The position numbers were made by a program, and so were the translations under genes. From Nitrosopumilus sp. (GTDB taxonomy: Archaea; Thermoproteota; Nitrososphaeria; Nitrososphaerales; Nitrosopumilaceae), in the NCBI GenBank assembly GCA_965223425.1, contig OZ245003.1, forward strand, positions 2,112,001-2,176,000: DNA of 64,000 nt, in the 5' to 3' direction. The notes under the pieces are model-generated. The model made no database searches. It saw nothing but the letters and a program-made list of their open reading frames with translations, and was not told the DNA's origin. Shown here piece after piece: positions 28,484-38,598 of this stretch (position 1 is its first letter; each line of letters opens with the position of its first letter).

Positions 28484-28608
28484 CTTCCATCAAAACAAAA
28501 TCAAGCTATGTTAATAAATTGCTCCTATGAGAAACATGCCATTTAAAAAATCAATTTTTGTTTGACAAGGGTAGAATTAAATACGCTCAAGCGACAAATC
28601 TCGCTGAA

Positions 28609-29637
28609 ATGGGTAAAAAAGCAGCAGTGATCAACGGCGATGGAACCGGTCCGGAACTAGTTGATGCCATGATTCATGTTTTAGAGGCTTGCAATACTCA
28701 AACTGAGCTTCTTCGCTGTGAAGCAGGTTCAGAACAATGGGAAAAAAATGGCGGAGCCACATACATTCCTGATGACACAGCAAAAATCATGGATGAAAGC
28801 GATGCCTGCTACAAAGGTCCCACTACAACAATACCATCACCTGATGCTCCTAGAAGCGTAGCCGTTTCTACAAGACAAAAATTTCAGCTGTATGCAAATG
28901 TCAGGCCCATTAAGACATATAACAGACTCTCGCCAAACACGAAACTTGATTTCGTATGCTTTAGGGAGGCAACTGAAGGGCTGTATTCAGGAATCGAATT
29001 TGACACGTCTGAAGATTCTGCAATAGCAATTAGAAAAATAACAAGAAAGGGTTGTAAAAGAATAGTAGATTCTTCATTTGAATGGGCAAAAAAATACGGA
29101 TTAAAGAAAGTAACAGTGATTACAAAAAGAAACATTCTAAAAAGAACCGACGGTATTTTTTGGAGTGAGGCAAAAAGAGCTGCAAAAGAAAATCCAGGAA
29201 TTGAGATTGAAGAATATTACATTGACAATATGACCCAACAATTAGTAAAAAATCCTCAAAGATTCAATAATTCTGTCTTGTTAAGCACGAATCTGTTCAT
29301 GGATATCATATCAGAATGCGCTTCTGGCAACATTGGCTCGATTGGAAATGTTTATTCTGCAAATATCGGTGATGATTATGCCATGTTTGAGCCAGCACAC
29401 GGAAGTGCGCCAAAATACAAGGGAATGGATAAGGTAAACCCCACTGCTGCAGTCTTATCTGGAGCATGGATGGCAGAATATCTGGGCGAGCCCGAAATAA
29501 AGGATGCAGTTTTCAAAGCTACAGATGAAGTAATCAATGAGGGCAAGTTTGTGACATATGATATTGGCGGCAATGCCAAAACAAGTAAGATGTCAGATGC
29601 AATTGCAAAACGTTCTGCTGAATTATTAAAAAAGTAA
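28609..29637 (+). CDS. Isocitrate/isopropylmalate dehydrogenase family protein
   Basis: GDGTGPE, REATEGLY, EPAHGSAPK, NPTA. Confidence 0.92.
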   Translation: MGKKAAVINGDGTGPELVDAMIHVLEACNTQTELLRCEAGSEQWEKNGGATYIPDDTAKIMDESDACYKGPTTTIPSPDAPRSVAVSTRQKFQLYANVRPIKTYNRLSPNTKLDFVCFREATEGLYSGIEFDTSEDSAIAIRKITRKGCKRIVDSSFEWAKKYGLKKVTVITKRNILKRTDGIFWSEAKRAAKENPGIEIEEYYIDNMTQQLVKNPQRFNNSVLLSTNLFMDIISECASGNIGSIGNVYSANIGDDYAMFEPAHGSAPKYKGMDKVNPTAAVLSGAWMAEYLGEPEIKDAVFKATDEVINEGKFVTYDIGGNAKTSKMSDAIAKRSAELLKK

Positions 29638-30171
29638 TCACTTTTTTGCTTCAATAATTATTAGTTCCTCAAAAAATAATTTCTTTTTTGCGACAATCCT
29701 TGATGCTAACCCTTGTTTTTTTGTTGCATCAATTAGTGCCTGATAATTTGAAAGTGATGATGTGACAAAAAGAAATTTTCCTATCGTGTTTAGACACGGA
29801 ATAGCTGACTTGACTATGTTCAGAGGTACTTCAAGCCCTTCTGGCCCTCCATCAGTTGCAATATCCAAGATTTCATCAGTTGCAAGATAGGGAAGATTGC
29901 AGACAACAAGATCGAATTTTGTTTTTAATGCATCAGAGCCATTACAGCAAATCAGGTTTTTTGTTTTGTAGGTTTGATGTTTTAACACTTTATAGTTAAT
30001 GTCGGTTCCAACTACAAAAGAAAAATTCTCAGAGAGTAGTTTTGTCAGATATCCGGAGCCACTTCCTATATCCAATGCAAAATCTCCTTTTTCATTTTCA
30101 ATATTTTCTGCTATGAAAAACGTGTCCTCAGATGGAGGATATTCCTCATTTTTCAAGGATTTGATTTGCAA
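29638..30171 (-). CDS. HemK2/PrmC-like methyltransferase
   Basis: YPPSEDT, LDIGSGSG, NLPY, DGG.EG. Confidence 0.88.
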   Translation of the reverse strand: MQIKSLKNEEYPPSEDTFFIAENIENEKGDFALDIGSGSGYLTKLLSENFSFVVGTDINYKVLKHQTYKTKNLICCNGSDALKTKFDLVVCNLPYLATDEILDIATDGGPEGLEVPLNIVKSAIPCLNTIGKFLFVTSSLSNYQALIDATKKQGLASRIVAKKKLFFEELIIIEAKK

Positions 30172-30850
30172 GATTAATTATTTCATCCCCTGAAAGATCA
30201 TCTATTCGCTTGTCTATTACACTTTCTTTGCCAAACTGTTTTAGAATGTTTTTGACAGTTTTTCTCCTGTATGAGAAAATTTTGTTAATAACTTGGATGA
30301 GATCCTTTTTCACGGTATTTTTTTGGATTATTTTTAGAATTACAGAATCAACTTTTGGTGGAGGTGAAAAATTATTCCTTCCCACCTTAGAAACAGTCTT
30401 AATTTCAAATACATGATTTGCAATAATGCTTATCGCTTTTCTCTTTGATGATTTTGCAGACAGTTTGTCGGCAAATTCTTTTTGAACCATTATTACACCA
30501 TGAGAAAATGGTCTTTGAGCAAGCCATTCTATTGCATCTTTGCTCCTAGAGTATGGTAGATTCGATACAAAAACAGAAAAGTAATCTTTATTCTTAAAAC
30601 CATCACCTGGTTTCAAAACAAGGTTATCAATATCAGAAAATGCAGATTTTGCATTGCTAACTAGTTTTTTGTCAGCATCAACTGAGATTACCTTGTTAGC
30701 CTTTTCACACAGTAAGGGAGTCAAAATTCCCAATCCTGTTCCTAGCTCAAATACAACATCGTCTTTTTTGATTTTGGCCTCTGAAACAATTGATTGTGCT
30801 ATTGAATTTGAGCTGAGGAAGTGCTGTCCGAGTTGTTTTCGTTTTATCAT
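30146..30850 (-). CDS. rsmA: 16S rRNA adenine dimethyltransferase
   Basis: LGQHFL, ELGTGLG, SNLPY, MVQKEFA, PPPKVDS. Confidence 0.93.
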   Translation of the reverse strand: MIKRKQLGQHFLSSNSIAQSIVSEAKIKKDDVVFELGTGLGILTPLLCEKANKVISVDADKKLVSNAKSAFSDIDNLVLKPGDGFKNKDYFSVFVSNLPYSRSKDAIEWLAQRPFSHGVIMVQKEFADKLSAKSSKRKAISIIANHVFEIKTVSKVGRNNFSPPPKVDSVILKIIQKNTVKKDLIQVINKIFSYRRKTVKNILKQFGKESVIDKRIDDLSGDEIINLANQILEK

Positions 30851-31413
30851 CTTTTTACAAAAAGATTCATTCGGCTTTGACCGGTAATTTCATCCAAAAT
30901 TCGTGCTGAAATATGTTTTATTGGGTCTTTGAATCCAACTCTTTCTTGTAAATCTTGATAGCTTTCAAACTTTGCCTTTTCTCTTTCATCCAACATTGTT
31001 TTCATGTAGGTTTTTCCAATTCCAGGAATTAATTCAAGTGCATGAATTCTTGGTGTCAAGGGCTGTGCATTGTTTAGATATTCAACAAACCTTGATTCAT
31101 TATTAGTCACGATATTTTCTACAACTGTCGTTAATTCGCTTTGAGCAGATGACGAGATATGATCATAGTCCATCTTTCCCAAAACAGAGAGAACATTGGT
31201 CCGTCCTTCCTTTCCAATATAGATTCTCTCACCTACTTCAAATGTAGAATTAGCAACACCAAGAACTTCTAAAAGAGTCAGACGGTCTTCTCCAATAGCT
31301 GTAACTATGATTCCTTCTCTTCCTCGTACGGTGGATGATTTCCCTCTAGGATTGAAATCTAGAACGTATGCATATTCCTCATATTTCCTAGGAGGGGTTT
31401 GTGCCCTGTGCAA
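30847..31413 (-). CDS. DUF655 family protein
   Basis: EEYAYVLD, LELIPGIGK (HhH); usual L21e-rpo4-DUF655-rsmA order. Confidence 0.9.
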   Translation of the reverse strand: MHRAQTPPRKYEEYAYVLDFNPRGKSSTVRGREGIIVTAIGEDRLTLLEVLGVANSTFEVGERIYIGKEGRTNVLSVLGKMDYDHISSSAQSELTTVVENIVTNNESRFVEYLNNAQPLTPRIHALELIPGIGKTYMKTMLDEREKAKFESYQDLQERVGFKDPIKHISARILDEITGQSRMNLFVKR

Positions 31414-31433
31414 AATAAAATACCCCTAAAAAC

Positions 31434-31760
31434 TTACGAATGCTCCTTGATAATCTTGAGCATTTTTTCTAGAGTTTCAGCAAGAATTAGTTTTTTCCAG
31501 CCAAATGTAAAGGAACGTAGTTCAGCTAAGCTTGTCGGTCTGATGTTTACAATTTCAACAGCTTCGTTTTCTGTCAGTTCACATTCTTTCATGAGTTGTT
31601 TTTTCATTTCTTTTGCATCTTTAGGATCAGTTGATACAAATTTTGAAACATAATCATAGGTCCAACGCTGAATTTGATCCATCTCTTCAACATCTACTTT
31701 ACCCAAAATTTCTTTAACTTCTGAAAGAGAAATAGCTTGTTTCTTTTTTACTTCTTTCAT
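31434..31760 (-). CDS. rpo4: RNA polymerase subunit Rpo4 (F)
   Basis: HRDC-like EIVNIRP...ELR; operon position. Confidence 0.9.
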   Translation of the reverse strand: MKEVKKKQAISLSEVKEILGKVDVEEMDQIQRWTYDYVSKFVSTDPKDAKEMKKQLMKECELTENEAVEIVNIRPTSLAELRSFTFGWKKLILAETLEKMLKIIKEHS

Positions 31761-31762
31761 AT

Positions 31763-32062
31763 CTATACACCGAATGGTTTGATATGATCCAATCTAGTGA
31801 TTAAGGTTTTCGATTTGTCTCCTAATTTCACATCTAGTGTTATAGCACGTCTGCCGACATTTGTGATAAGGCCCACTTTACCGTGGTATCGTCTGTGTGG
31901 CAATCCTTTGTGCTGTCTAGGATCAATGATGACAAGTGCTTGTTGACCCTCCTGGTATTCACGTAACAAGAATGAAACTCCTCTTGGAGACTTTTTCTTC
32001 ATAACAGATCTGGATTTGTGCTTAAATCCATGTGAACGACCATGAGGTTTCTTAGTTGCCAT
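31763..32062 (-). CDS. rpl21e: 50S ribosomal protein L21e
   Basis: HKGLPHRRYHGKVG. Confidence 0.95.
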   Translation of the reverse strand: MATKKPHGRSHGFKHKSRSVMKKKSPRGVSFLLREYQEGQQALVIIDPRQHKGLPHRRYHGKVGLITNVGRRAITLDVKLGDKSKTLITRLDHIKPFGV

Positions 32063-32119
32063 GTAGAGTGAAATCTTTGAGAGCCCTATTTTAACACTTA
32101 GGACATTATTTTAGAAAAT

Positions 32120-33178
32120 TTAGCCTGCAATATCAGTTCTAAGTTGACCGCAAGCAGCTGAGATCTCAGTGCCTTTTTCGACACGAACAGTGCAGTTTAC
32201 ACCAGCATTATACAAAATTCGCTCAAATTCAAGAACATGATCTTCTGAAGGTCGCTGAAAACCACCAGCAGTAGGATTGATTGGAATCAGATTCACATGA
32301 GAACCATTTCCTTCTAAAAGTTTGGCCAATTCAGCTGCAATTTTAGGAGAGTCATTGATTCCCTTCATCAAAGCATACTCAAATGTCACACGACGCCCAG
32401 TTTTTTGATAATAACGTCTTCCAGCTTCTATGATATCCTCAACTGAGTTTGGGCTAGCAGTAGGAACTAATTCTTTTCGTAATTCATTATTTGGCGCATG
32501 AAGGGAAATAGCAAGACCGATCTGTAGATTCTCATCAGCTAGTTTATCAATTCCGGACGTAATACCAATTGTACTAACGGTAATGTGTCTTTGGCCAAGT
32601 CCAAAACCTCTGTCATGTGTTAAAATTTTTACTGCTCGAATCGTTTCATCATAGTTTGCCATTGGTTCACCCATTCCCATAAAGACCAAGTTTGTTACAT
32701 GTTCTCCTCGCTGTTGTAGAATCTCTGCAAAATGAATTACTTGAGATACAATGTGTTCTGCTTTGAGATTTGTCTCAAATCCCATCTGACCGGTTGCACA
32801 AAAGACACATCCCATCGCACATCCAATTTGAGTTGAGACGCAGATTGTTGACCTTGGATGACCGCCAATCTTTTTTGGATCATATTGCATCAAAACAGTT
32901 TCTACAGAAGATTCGTCATTTAACTGCAACAATAATTTGGTTGTATCACCATCTTCACTTACAACTCGATGCATTTCTTTGGCAGAACCTATCGTATACC
33001 CAGCTTCTATTAGCTTCTCTCTGAGTTTTTTTGGAAGTTGTGGTATATCATTGATGTTTTTTGGAAATTTGTAGTATAATGGAAGCAAAATTTGGTCTGC
33101 TCGATATCTAGGATAACCCATATCAATTACGAGTTGTTCCATCTCTTCTGGAAGTAGGCGATAAAGATCTGTCATCAT
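32120..33178 (-). CDS. rlmN: Radical SAM RNA methyltransferase RlmN
   Basis: CVSTQIGCAMGCVFCATG, MGMGEP, SLH, AACGQL. Confidence 0.93.
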   Translation of the reverse strand: MMTDLYRLLPEEMEQLVIDMGYPRYRADQILLPLYYKFPKNINDIPQLPKKLREKLIEAGYTIGSAKEMHRVVSEDGDTTKLLLQLNDESSVETVLMQYDPKKIGGHPRSTICVSTQIGCAMGCVFCATGQMGFETNLKAEHIVSQVIHFAEILQQRGEHVTNLVFMGMGEPMANYDETIRAVKILTHDRGFGLGQRHITVSTIGITSGIDKLADENLQIGLAISLHAPNNELRKELVPTASPNSVEDIIEAGRRYYQKTGRRVTFEYALMKGINDSPKIAAELAKLLEGNGSHVNLIPINPTAGGFQRPSEDHVLEFERILYNAGVNCTVRVEKGTEISAACGQLRTDIAG

Positions 33179-33259
33179 GTATATTAACAGATTCTCAAAT
33201 TATATTATAATTTAATCACTAGCGTTAGAAATAAGAGAAATCAAAAGTAGGAGGAGAAG

Positions 33260-34456
33260 TTATTCTTCTATTGGTTCTGAATCATCTGATTCAGTATCTA
33301 CTGTAGACTCTACAGGCTTTACCTCAGCAGTTTCTGCAGGTGTCTCAACTTTTGGAGTTTCTGCAGGTGTCTCAACTTTTGGAGTTTCTGCAGGTGTCTC
33401 AACCTCAGGCGTTTCTGCAGGTGTCTCAACCTCAGGCTCTTTTGCCTTTTTGGTAGTTGCTTTTTTGGTAGTCTTTTTGGTCTTTTTCTCTGCGTCTTCA
33501 GGGTCTATTACACCTGCTTCGCCTAGAGCAAAGATTACCTCCTCTTCAGGATGATGAGGACTATCTACCATTCTAGCAATTCGTTTCTTTCCTGATTTCT
33601 TAAAGTAGATTCTGTATGTACTTGTATGTGCAACCACATTTCCACCGATTGGGCGTGTTGGATCTCCAAAGAAGACATCAGGGGATGCCATAACTTGGTT
33701 GGTTGCAATTGCAGCACAATTGTATGTTTCTGCAATTCTAGATAACAGATGAACGAAATGATTTAGTTTTTGTTGTCTGGTTGACAATGTTCCTCGTCCA
33801 AGATATTCAGAACGGAACAATCCAACTGCAGAGTCTACAACAATTAGTTTGATATTATTTTCTTCAATTATAGAACCGGCTTCTTCTAGAATCAATGTTT
33901 GATGTGCGCTATTATATGCACGAGCAACAATGATGTTATCTAGAACTTTTTCTGGATCCATTTCGTGTACTTGAGCAATGGATACTATTCTTTCAGGTCT
34001 GAAAGTATTTTCAGTGTCAATGTACAAAACATTACCTTCAAGACCACCTTCTTCTTTACTCTTTTGAACCATCACAGACATTGTATGAGCAAATTGTGTT
34101 TTACCACAACCAAATTCTCCATAAACTTCTGTCAAGGCTTGAGTTTCAACGCCACCATCAAATAGTGTATCAAGACAGTTTGTACCAGTTGTAATTTTAC
34201 CAATGCTTTGTCGGTGTTTGTAAATTTCACTTGCACTAACAAAGTCTTTGGCAAGCAATCCCCCTTCAACTAGATGTTGTCGGGCTTTATTGACAATTTT
34301 TTCAGCAGTATCTTTTTCCATTCCAGTTATGTCTGCAATTTCTACTGGACCCCTAACGATGAGATCCATGACGTTGTGGACACCTGCATCGGATAATTTT
34401 CTTGTAGTTACAGGACCTACGCCTTCTAAGCTATCTAATCTCAGGTCTTCTACCAT
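33260..34456 (-). CDS. radA: DNA repair recombinase RadA with low-complexity C-terminal tail
   Basis: GEFGCGKTQ, YIDTENTFRPER, GGNVVAH. Confidence 0.96.
   Translation of the reverse strand: MVEDLRLDSLEGVGPVTTRKLSDAGVHNVMDLIVRGPVEIADITGMEKDTAEKIVNKARQHLVEGGLLAKDFVSASEIYKHRQSIGKITTGTNCLDTLFDGGVETQALTEVYGEFGCGKTQFAHTMSVMVQKSKEEGGLEGNVLYIDTENTFRPERIVSIAQVHEMDPEKVLDNIIVARAYNSAHQTLILEEAGSIIEENNIKLIVVDSAVGLFRSEYLGRGTLSTRQQKLNHFVHLLSRIAETYNCAAIATNQVMASPDVFFGDPTRPIGGNVVAHTSTYRIYFKKSGKKRIARMVDSPHHPEEEVIFALGEAGVIDPEDAEKKTKKTTKKATTKKAKEPEVETPAETPEVETPAETPKVETPAETPKVETPAETAEVKPVESTVDTESDDSEPIEE
33330..33437 (-). repeat. 27-bp coding repeat (VETPAETPx), four copies, in the radA tail
   Basis: tttctgcaggtgtctcaac recurs every 27 bp. 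Confidence 0.88.
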
Positions 34457-34690
34457 ACCGTATGGTACGGTACCAGTACTTTATAAAAGTATTGTTTTAG
34501 GGGGTGCTGTCCAAATTGACTGATTTCGATCACATGTTTCGTGATTTTTGCGCAAAAACAGGCAAGACGGCGGTGCTGCCCATGCCAGAAGAATACCGGT
34601 GACACCGTCATCAGGTACTGCCTTGTCCCAAAGAATGGCAAGCAGGAGTACAGCTTACGCTGGGAAAGCCCTCTCCGCATTACGGCAGTC

Positions 34691-35330
34691 TTATGCGACC
34701 AGGTTGTAGCAGATGCACTTTAGGACAAGCTGCAGCCTTCTCATGGATGCCGTCCTTGCACGGGCGACTGCGCCGAACCTCTCCTTCATGACAGAAAACG
34801 TGTTCTCCACCAACTGCGCTGGCCGTAGGCCTTTGCAAACCCGCACGGGTCGTCCCTGTGCCAGCGAAGCATTTTTTCCATGGGGTTAAACCCCCTGGGA
34901 ACGGAGTTCTTCTTGGGACATATGACCGGCTCCCTTCCGCTGTCTGCAATGATACGGCAGTTCTTCCTTGAGAGGTATGCCGCATCCGGCAGGACGTGGC
35001 CGCCGGTGTCGCCGTGCGGGGGATCCTCCCGTACATGTCGCAGAACACCGGCGAGTCGTGCTTTCTGCCGCACGTCACCTCGCACGCAGATACCATGCCG
35101 TGCGGGGCCACCAGCACGTGCAGCTTGTCAAACTCGCGCCTTGAGACGAGTCCTTTCTTGGCCTCCTCCCAGTCCGCGTAATTCATGATGGAGAACCCAG
35201 ACGAGTCGCCTATGACGGTGCCGCGCGCGTCGTCTCCTGCCTGTGCCAGAAGCAGTCCTGCGAGCTGCTCGGTCCTGCTGACAGCGCTTTTGCCATGTTG
35301 TGCAGTGACGATTTCGTATGGGAGAACCCA
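34691..35330 (-). pseudogene. IS5-family-like DDE transposase remnant (5'-truncated, frameshifted)
   Basis: GDSSGF, KLHV, HDSP, DAAYLSR, Y..RS.VENTFS.MK spread over several frames; GC-rich relative to flanks. Confidence 0.82.
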
Positions 35331-35351
35331 GAATGCTAAAAATAATTTAAA

Positions 35352-35681
35352 TTAAAATGTGAAAACAAATTGTTTGCCTTTTTTTCCATGTTTTAGACAA
35401 GTGCCTTTTAATTTAGATGGGATTGAATCTAATTTTTTACATACTTTGCTGTTAAATTGCTCCCAACCAGTACCAGAAAATAATATCTCAGTAGGTAAAA
35501 CAGATACATTAGATACTTCATCATGATTTTCAAATTCGATTCTTAAACCCACATGAATTTCATGTTTATCAACTTCACATTTAGTTATAGTTTGTAATGC
35601 ACCTCTAGTAACAAGAGAATTTGTAATATTATCAAATCCAACACTTTTTAGTTGTGAACTAATATCTACCGCAAATTCCAT
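35352..35681 (-). CDS. Hypothetical protein (AT-rich)
   Basis: 109-aa ORF co-oriented with its neighbour. Confidence 0.6.
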   Translation of the reverse strand: MEFAVDISSQLKSVGFDNITNSLVTRGALQTITKCEVDKHEIHVGLRIEFENHDEVSNVSVLPTEILFSGTGWEQFNSKVCKKLDSIPSKLKGTCLKHGKKGKQFVFTF

Positions 35682-35700
35682 GATGTGTCAATACATTAAA

Positions 35701-36060
35701 TTATTTTTGAAAATAAGATTGTGCTAATCTTTGATACTCTTTTTTGAATCTGTATTTTACAGGAATTGTTACAGGTGCATCTAAAGTTTCAATGTTATCA
35801 GGAGCATCTAGATAATATTCTAAAATCTTAACATTGTTAGTAAGACGATGTAATGAGTGCATAACTTCTGATTCATCTTTTTTAGTTTTTTTTGCGATTT
35901 GCCCTAAATCAAATCCTTCATCTAGCTTCTTAATCAATAATTGACCAACTTTAGCACAAGCAGGTCCAGTCTCAGGATCATCAAAAGCAATCTTTAATCG
36001 TATTTGTTTAGAAATCATAGTAACCTCCAAAGGGCAGACATTTAATAATTTTGTGATCAT
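35701..36060 (-). CDS. Hypothetical protein, possible winged-helix
   Basis: LGQIAKKTKKDESEVMHSLHRL is HTH-like. Confidence 0.55.
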   Translation of the reverse strand: MITKLLNVCPLEVTMISKQIRLKIAFDDPETGPACAKVGQLLIKKLDEGFDLGQIAKKTKKDESEVMHSLHRLTNNVKILEYYLDAPDNIETLDAPVTIPVKYRFKKEYQRLAQSYFQK

Positions 36061-36232
36061 TGTAAAACATTTTAGACTGTATTATACGAACTTTGTACAT
36101 ATAAGATCTATGAAGCTAAATTACGGAAAAGTTGGGGTGTCAACGGATCGCTAGGCACAGCATACTTTATCTTGACACACCGTCTTGCAATAATTAGAAA
36201 ATCATTTGTATTTGCGAATTGAATTTGCCACG

Positions 36233-36376
36233 TCAAGAATTTTGTTTTTTAGCATCAGCTATAAAGGCTTTCACACTGTCATAACTTTTAGCTATTTCTA
36301 TTTCGCCTTTTTTCATTTGTTGTGCAGTTTCGAAGATTTGTTTCATTTTTGCTTCTTTACTGATAGTTTGACTCAT
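36233..36376 (-). CDS. Small antitoxin-like protein (47 aa), not in ORF track
   Basis: MSQTISKEAKMKQIFETAQQMKKGEIEIAKSYDSVKAFIADAKKQNS; YDSV..FI resembles RelB/DinJ C-termini. Confidence 0.45.
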   Translation of the reverse strand: MSQTISKEAKMKQIFETAQQMKKGEIEIAKSYDSVKAFIADAKKQNS

Positions 36377-36420
36377 GTTGTAATATAACAAATTTGGTTA
36401 TTTAGGAATTACTACAAGAT

Positions 36421-36560
36421 CAGTCTTCCCAGAAGTACCAAGTTTTCCTCTGAACCATAACCAGTAACTCGTGATTCTACAGATTCTGGGTGCGTGTGAT
36501 TCTTTGTAGTAGAAAGTTTCTCCTCTTGGTAATCTCTACGAAGTACTTCTGGGAAGACTG
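36421..36560. mobile_element. MITE, 140 bp
   Basis: Perfect 18-bp TIR cagtcttcccagaagtac / gtacttctgggaagactg with a 5-bp AAGAT direct repeat on both flanks; no coding capacity. Confidence 0.88.
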
Positions 36561-36864
36561 AAGATAGTAGTCAATACCTTAGCATCTTAATACGTGCCTG
36601 ATCTTATTTAAGCAAAAAAGTGCGGCACTGCTTAATCAATCAACCTACTTTTTACGCCTAAAATATCAATCGCAGGATTGGTAGAATCTGTTTTAGGGGT
36701 CTTTAGGTTTGAAAATCAAAAAATTACTTTCATAATGTTTTACAATGTTTCTGATGGATATGCATGTGAGGAATTTTTACTAGCATTCTGGATCAGCGTA
36801 ATCAATTGCTGTCTCCGTTGATTTCAATCCCATTCCCCGTATGATTGATTAATTGATTTGCGTG

Positions 36865-38547
36865 CTACTTTTTTGATATTTTGGCATTGTTAGGATCCAG
36901 ATTCTCCCAGACCACATCATAACCCATTTTGGATAACAAATCAGCATGGCATGAATCCGGAATTTTTTGAGATGTCAATATCTTACAGGCACCAATAAAC
37001 GTAGAAACTCCGTCAAGGTCACTATCTATGGAACTGATTTTCTCTTTTGAAATCAGATACGAGTTTACCGCAATAAAATTCTCGGGATAATCAGCAAGAA
37101 GAATCTTTAATGCAGCCTCTTCTGGGATAAGATGATCGTCTGCAACCTTCTTTATGGAAATCAGATCCATGTTGCCCTTATCCAATCTGATTTTGGTACC
37201 CTCAATCTTTTCTGCAGCAATTTCCACGTCAATTTTCTTTAGATGTTCCAAAATTGGTTTGATTGAAACATATTTGTTAAAAGTAAAGACCCTGTCTTTG
37301 GAAATTGTTTCTATTTGTGAGCATGCCAATTCGGAGTTTACCGCTACCAGCAAGTCTGCCTTTTGCCTGTTGCCGGCATCACCATCAAACAGCACCTTAA
37401 GCTTGGATGCCTTCCTTTCCAAGTATTCTTTTGTCCAAAAACCTACAATTTCCAGATACACTTTGCGTCCGAATCTTTCAAACAGAAAATCAGGAATCAT
37501 TGCCTTGCCGTCTGCAATCAACGGATCTGGCTCCCTGGAAATCCTCCATCCTGTCTTGTCAGTCTGATCAAAATATTGGCCGAATCGCTTTGCAAATGCT
37601 GCCTCCGTTGAGCTGTCATAAACATAATCATCATTTCTGATGCTTTTATCGTCTTGATATGTGGCATCTATCGTTGAGCGAAGAAACTCTTTGGTATCAT
37701 CATTTGATAACTCAAATGAGTAGATTTTTTGTCCACCATCTGTTTTTTTCACTATCGAGCCGCTGATCTTCCAGGTCGGCGTGCCTATAATTGACGGCAA
37801 TAGTTTGGCCATCGAAGTTCCATACCTGTCAGTCATTTTAAAGAGACTAAGCGGCCCCTCTAAAACACACTTTATCGAATCGTCGTTAGCGCCAGTATCG
37901 TCATCAGTACTGTCATCAGAACTATATTCTAAATTATACATCAATCCATATCGCTTGACATTACGCAAAACCTGTTTCCAGTACAGGCCGCCTCTTACAT
38001 AAAATTCCAATCTAGTGCATTTGAAAAGAAGTGTCTGTGTTAAGGAAAGGTTGTACCACAAAATCAGATCTTTAGGGCCAATTGTATCAAACTGTACAAG
38101 TACAAGGTTCTCATCTTTGTCATTCCACATTATGGTTTCAACATCGTCTGGGGAAATATGCATCTGTGCTGCAATTTGTTTGATAATATCCTGTCTTTGT
38201 GACGCAGACAAGGCCAGACCCTGTCTTGAGGATTCTTCAAACAGTTTCTGTCTTATGAATAAGGGAGTTGCAATCGAAGTTGATGAGTTTGATTGTCCAA
38301 AAACAGATCGCCTGTCTAGCAGTGCAAACAATCCACGTACCAATTTGTAGTCATATTCTGACTCGAGCGGTTTGATTTTTTGTAGCAAGTCCCCTTTACA
38401 CTGTTTGTTCTTTTGTGCATCTGCAAAGTATACAATGAGTTTGTTGGCAAGTTCGTAATCAGTTCCGTTGCCAAAGTCAGTGCTACAAAACAGCGGCATT
38501 ATCTTGCCACGGCTAGTCCTTGTACGCAAAAGTTCGGATGAAAGCAT
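36865..38547 (-). CDS. DUF790 / Bax1-like endonuclease
   Basis: GPLSLF....RYG..MAKLLP, YDS..E, IPDF, EIVGFWT.EYL..K; downstream of XPB. Confidence 0.88.
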   Translation of the reverse strand: MLSSELLRTRTSRGKIMPLFCSTDFGNGTDYELANKLIVYFADAQKNKQCKGDLLQKIKPLESEYDYKLVRGLFALLDRRSVFGQSNSSTSIATPLFIRQKLFEESSRQGLALSASQRQDIIKQIAAQMHISPDDVETIMWNDKDENLVLVQFDTIGPKDLILWYNLSLTQTLLFKCTRLEFYVRGGLYWKQVLRNVKRYGLMYNLEYSSDDSTDDDTGANDDSIKCVLEGPLSLFKMTDRYGTSMAKLLPSIIGTPTWKISGSIVKKTDGGQKIYSFELSNDDTKEFLRSTIDATYQDDKSIRNDDYVYDSSTEAAFAKRFGQYFDQTDKTGWRISREPDPLIADGKAMIPDFLFERFGRKVYLEIVGFWTKEYLERKASKLKVLFDGDAGNRQKADLLVAVNSELACSQIETISKDRVFTFNKYVSIKPILEHLKKIDVEIAAEKIEGTKIRLDKGNMDLISIKKVADDHLIPEEAALKILLADYPENFIAVNSYLISKEKISSIDSDLDGVSTFIGACKILTSQKIPDSCHADLLSKMGYDVVWENLDPNNAKISKK

Positions 38548-38598
38548 CAGCGCACAACCTCAAATATTTCTGGCATGTAGCTGGACGACATCTTTTGT

